NCBI GenBank assembly: GCA_963736115.1
Contig: CAVTNR010000009.1
Coordinates: 32,001-96,000, forward strand
Source of the DNA: an uncultured bacterium
GTDB taxonomy: Bacteria > Zhuqueibacterota > QNDG01 > DTFT01
Length of the DNA: 64,000 bases
Direction of reading: 5' to 3'
Positions 60,438-64,000 of the stretch are shown here, piece by piece. Each line of letters begins with the position of its first letter. Position 1 is the stretch's first letter. The notes below the pieces were generated by a model that had not been told where the DNA came from, ran no database searches, and saw only the letters and a list, made by a program, of their open reading frames with translations. The translations under genes and the position numbers were made by a program.

Positions 60438-60612
60438 AAAAAGTCCCGACACGTGCCCGCATTGCGGAAGGCCCCTCAGCCCCTGGGAGCAGGTGCTGCT
60501 GAGCGTGGATCGCGCCATCATGTGCAAGGGGTGCTGGTACCGGATCATCCTCGACACGTTCGAGGACCGGCTTTCCGAAACCCCGCCTTCCCCTCCCGAA
60601 GAGAGGAGTTAG
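60424..60612 (+). CDS. Small zinc-finger protein (62 aa)
   Basis: GGAGGA RBS + GTG; CPHC...CKGC; overlaps the upstream stop and ends 3 nt before gdh. Confidence 0.7.
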   Translation: MQEREKSPDTCPHCGRPLSPWEQVLLSVDRAIMCKGCWYRIILDTFEDRLSETPPSPPEERS

Positions 60613-60615
60613 GCC

Positions 60616-61860
60616 ATGGAATCCTTCAATCCCTTCGAAGTCGCGCAAAAGCAGGTGCTGGAGGCCGCGCATCTGCTGAACCTGGACGAGCCGACGCGGG
60701 AACTCCTGCTCTGGCCCCAGCGCGAGTTCAAGTTCACGGTGCCCGTGAAAATGGATGGCGGTGGAACCCGCGTGTTCCACGGATACCGGATCCAGTACAA
60801 CACGGCGAGAGGCCCCGCGAAGGGCGGCATCCGGTTCCATCCGGACGAGACCGTCGACACGATCCGGGCGCTGGCCTGCTGGATGACGTGCAAGACCGCC
60901 GTGGCCGACCTGCCGCTCGGCGGCGGAAAGGGCGGCGTGGTCTGCGACACGAAACGCATGTCCGAGGGCGAACTCGAGCGGCTGTCGCGCGCCTACGTGC
61001 GCGCCGCGGCCCCGCTCATCGGCCCCGACCGGGACGTCCCGGCGCCCGACATGTACACCAATCCCCAGATCATGGCCTGGATGATGGACGAGTACGAGAC
61101 CCTGACCGGCCGTCACGCGCCGGGTATTCTCACGGACAAGCCCAAGCAGATCGGCGGAACCGAAGGCCGGCGGGACGCCACGGCTCGGGGAGGCGTGATC
61201 ACGGTGCGCGAGGCCTGCCGGGCGCTGAACGTCGACCCGTGCGGCACATTCGCGGTGCAGGGGTTCGGAAACGCGGGCCAGCGGGCCGCGCTTCTGCACG
61301 AGGAGCTTCTGGGCGGCGGAAAATGCATCGCGGTCTGCGACTCGCGCGGCGGCCTGATCGATCCGGACGGGTTCGACGTCCGGGAACTGGTCCAGCACAA
61401 ATTGAAGACCGGGTCCCTGGCCGGATATCCGGGCAAGGCCGTGCCCCGCGAAGCCGTGCTGGAAACCGAGGCGGACATCCTCTACCCCGCGGCCATGGAA
61501 AACGCGATCACGTCCGAAAACGCGGGCCGGATCCGCGCGAAGATCGTGTGCGAGCTGGCGAACGGGCCCACGACGCCCGAAGCGGACCGGATTCTGCACC
61601 GGGCCGGGACTCATGTGATCCCGGACATCCTCGCCAGCGCGGGCGGTGTGACCGTGTCCTATTTCGAAATGGTGCAGGACGCCTATTCCTTTTTCTGGGA
61701 CGAAGCCACGGTTCACGCCCGGCTCGACCGCCAGCTGACGCGGGCCTATCACGCAGTGCAGGAGGCCATGGCTGAAAAAGGCGTTCACCCCAGGCTCGCC
61801 GCGACCACGGTCGCGGTTGCGCGCGTGGCTGAAGCCTGCAAGCTGAGGGGGTGGGTGTGA
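60616..61860 (+). CDS. Glu/Leu/Phe/Val dehydrogenase (short GDH, subgroup 1)
   Basis: GPAKGGIRFHP, GGGKGG, DVPAPD, QGFGNAG, ANGPTT, AGGVTVSYFE. Confidence 0.93.
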   Translation: MESFNPFEVAQKQVLEAAHLLNLDEPTRELLLWPQREFKFTVPVKMDGGGTRVFHGYRIQYNTARGPAKGGIRFHPDETVDTIRALACWMTCKTAVADLPLGGGKGGVVCDTKRMSEGELERLSRAYVRAAAPLIGPDRDVPAPDMYTNPQIMAWMMDEYETLTGRHAPGILTDKPKQIGGTEGRRDATARGGVITVREACRALNVDPCGTFAVQGFGNAGQRAALLHEELLGGGKCIAVCDSRGGLIDPDGFDVRELVQHKLKTGSLAGYPGKAVPREAVLETEADILYPAAMENAITSENAGRIRAKIVCELANGPTTPEADRILHRAGTHVIPDILASAGGVTVSYFEMVQDAYSFFWDEATVHARLDRQLTRAYHAVQEAMAEKGVHPRLAATTVAVARVAEACKLRGWV

Positions 61861-61900
61861 AAAACGTTAGAACGCTAGCACGTTAAAACGTTCAAACGTT
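61861..61900. repeat. Five tandem 8-mers directly after the gdh stop
   Basis: aaaacgtt agaacgct agcacgtt aaaacgtt caaacgtt. Confidence 0.75.
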
Positions 61901-62033
61901 TCCGCCGTCGCCCTGAGCCGCGCCCGCTTGATTCGCTCCCGAAGGGCCTCCGGGCCGGGAATCCGGTTCCGAAATATCACCTGAAATGGAACGTGCTGTC
62001 ATTCCGGAACATTCAAACGTCTTTCATCGCCCC

Positions 62034-62753
62034 ATGATTCAGATCCTGAAAAATCCCCCCAACCCCTTCTCCGCCCCCCGAGGCGCGGGGAGCGCGGACG
62101 ATTTTCGTGTTCACGTGACCATTGCTTTCGTCATATCCGCTGCTGTTATGTCCCTGTCCGCGGTCCTGCTCCCCAGGGAATGGAGCGACACCCGTCCGCG
62201 GGCCCGGCTGTCGCCGGTCACCGTTCTGCCGTATCTGGATCTCATTCCCCTGGTCAATGCGGACGGCGGGGGCTACGGTTCCTCGACCGGCCCGCCGGAT
62301 CTCTCATCGCTCCAGTCATACGCGAACGCGGTCCCGGTGAAAGAGCCGCCGCCGGACACCAGCCGGTCGGTCCCGGCGGCCGGAGACGGGGGAGACGGAA
62401 CGGGAGGGGGAATGGGATTCGGAATCGGATCCGGCTCCGGCACCGGATCAGGATTCGGGAGCGGTCCGGGCATCGGCATCGACGTTCAGCCGGTGCCGGT
62501 GTGGGAGGTGTTTCCGGAATACCCGGAGCGTGAGCGGAAGCAGAAGGCCCGGGGACTGATCGAACTGGAAGTGCGGGTGGACGACCGGGGTCATGTCGAC
62601 AGCGTGCGCGTGGCTCGAAACGAAACCGGTAATCCGGCGCTCGAAGCTTCGGCCGTACGTGCGGCACGGGAGAGCCGTTACCTGCCCGTTGAAATCAACG
62701 GCCGGCCGGTCGCCTGCTGGTTCAGGCGATCGTACCGGTTCGAGGGCGATTGA
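62034..62753 (+). CDS. TonB-family energy transducer (start uncertain)
   Basis: TM helix, Gly-rich linker, PEYPE...G.IEL.V.VD..G.V, Y.P...NGRPV. Confidence 0.85.
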   Translation: MIQILKNPPNPFSAPRGAGSADDFRVHVTIAFVISAAVMSLSAVLLPREWSDTRPRARLSPVTVLPYLDLIPLVNADGGGYGSSTGPPDLSSLQSYANAVPVKEPPPDTSRSVPAAGDGGDGTGGGMGFGIGSGSGTGSGFGSGPGIGIDVQPVPVWEVFPEYPERERKQKARGLIELEVRVDDRGHVDSVRVARNETGNPALEASAVRAARESRYLPVEINGRPVACWFRRSYRFEGD

Positions 62754-62771
62754 TAGATAGGAGAACCGTTC

Positions 62772-64000
62772 ATGAAGCGTCCAATCCGATTGAAAAGGCT
62801 CATGGCCGTCCTGGTGCTCGCAGTCGCGGCCGCGGCCTCGGCCGCGCCAAAAAAAACGATGAATCCGGACAGCCTCGTGGCCGCCGGCCGGCGGTTTCTG
62901 AATGACCGGAAGCCCGATGATGCGCAAACCGCGTTCGAAGCGGTTCTGAAAATCCGCCAATCGGATCGGGACGCCATGGCCGGAATGGCGGAGGCGGACC
63001 AGATGCGCTATCGCTGGGGCAACGCGGCCGAATGGTGGGACAAAATTCTCGACCGTGCGCCAAACGACCTGGACGGACATTACGGCCTGGCCGTATGCAA
63101 ACGGGAGATCGGCCGCCGCGTGGTCCTGCTCCAGCGCCATCTGGAATGGAGAAGCGCGGAAAAGCATTTCCGAAGCATCATGCAGGCGGATTCAGGATTC
63201 CGGGACGTTTTGTACCAGATCGCCCTTCTGGAGATGGACCGCGGGCATCACGCGGACGCCATTCTCCTGGCGCACCGCCAGCTGGCCGTGCATCCCAAAA
63301 GCTTCAGCGGCCGTTTGGGCATCTTCCGCGTGTACGACACCGCGCTCACCCACTGGCTGCTGGAAAAGCAGCTCGCGGATTCCGCCGAAACCTGGCTGAA
63401 GGCCCGGACGACATCCCATGACCGCTATTTTCTGGGCGAGCTCTACAGAAGGACAGCCAAACTGCCCCTGGCTGATTCCATGTATGTCTCCCTGCTCGCG
63501 CGTCCGGACAGCCTTCCGCTTCAGCCCGTTCACCTGTCGCGCGCGCGGCTGTTCGCCGAGCGGGGAGAACCCCAGCGCGCGAACGACGCTTACTGGGAAG
63601 CGGTCCGTTCCATTTCCTGCGACCTGGAAGCCGAGTTTCTGAAGCAGGAGATGATGCTCATCGTGAACGAAAAGGAATACGACGTCCTCAAGGGGCCCGT
63701 CCCCTATACGATCCTTCCGGAACTGCTCCGCGCCTTCTGGTTCCGCCGGAATCCTGCGCCTTCCTCTCCCTACAATCTCCGGCTGACGGAACATTTCCGC
63801 CGCATGGTTCACGCGGAGAAATACTACCGGATCGACGGATTCAAGACATCCATCGACCAGATGCATCAGTATCTCAAATTTCCGGGCTGGATTCATGAGA
63901 GCGAAAAGTTCGACGATATGGGGCTCATCTACATCCGGTTCGGCGAACCAGACGACCAGGCCGCGGTGCAGGGCGAACAGGTCGCGACCAACATGTCCTG
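62772..64000 (+). CDS. Exported TPR + GWxTD-type domain protein (runs off the window)
   Basis: Manual translation from ATG 62772 (RBS ggag): signal peptide, TPR-like helices, FWFRRNP.P....N....EH..R...A, DDMGLIYIRFGEPD. Confidence 0.8.
   Translation, partial: MKRPIRLKRLMAVLVLAVAAAASAAPKKTMNPDSLVAAGRRFLNDRKPDDAQTAFEAVLKIRQSDRDAMAGMAEADQMRYRWGNAAEWWDKILDRAPNDLDGHYGLAVCKREIGRRVVLLQRHLEWRSAEKHFRSIMQADSGFRDVLYQIALLEMDRGHHADAILLAHRQLAVHPKSFSGRLGIFRVYDTALTHWLLEKQLADSAETWLKARTTSHDRYFLGELYRRTAKLPLADSMYVSLLARPDSLPLQPVHLSRARLFAERGEPQRANDAYWEAVRSISCDLEAEFLKQEMMLIVNEKEYDVLKGPVPYTILPELLRAFWFRRNPAPSSPYNLRLTEHFRRMVHAEKYYRIDGFKTSIDQMHQYLKFPGWIHESEKFDDMGLIYIRFGEPDDQAAVQGEQVATNMS

Overview
GC-rich bacterial chromosomal segment with about 48 CDSs and no rRNA, tRNA, CRISPR array, integrase or transposase. 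Six 'N[YHFR]PNPFN[PA]' C-terminal sorting domains, a GWxTD-type protein and TonB-dependent machinery suggest an FCB-related lineage such as KSB1 or Calditrichota (inference). Content in order: housekeeping genes (pdp, prmA, M28 peptidase, folC); a receiver-fused glycogen phosphorylase; lipoprotein + TonB-dependent receptor + NupC; an ABC exporter; an ECF sigma/putative anti-sigma/LepB operon; pabB-pabC, sixA, tag; a 16-kb co-oriented array of secreted proteins with similar C-terminal tails, three followed by the same 12-bp palindrome exactly 8 nt after the stop; a HEAT/HD-GYP-like/histidine kinase cluster with degenerate c-di-GMP domains behind a sigma54-type promoter; and two glutamate dehydrogenases. 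The second is co-transcribed with a REC-REC/ATP-grasp/His-swivel protein and a tiny Zn-finger, the best candidate for an undescribed signalling system. Intergenic DNA carries several REP/MITE-like palindrome families. Five genes have single-base frameshifts, most likely sequencing errors. All family assignments come from motif recognition by eye, not database searches.
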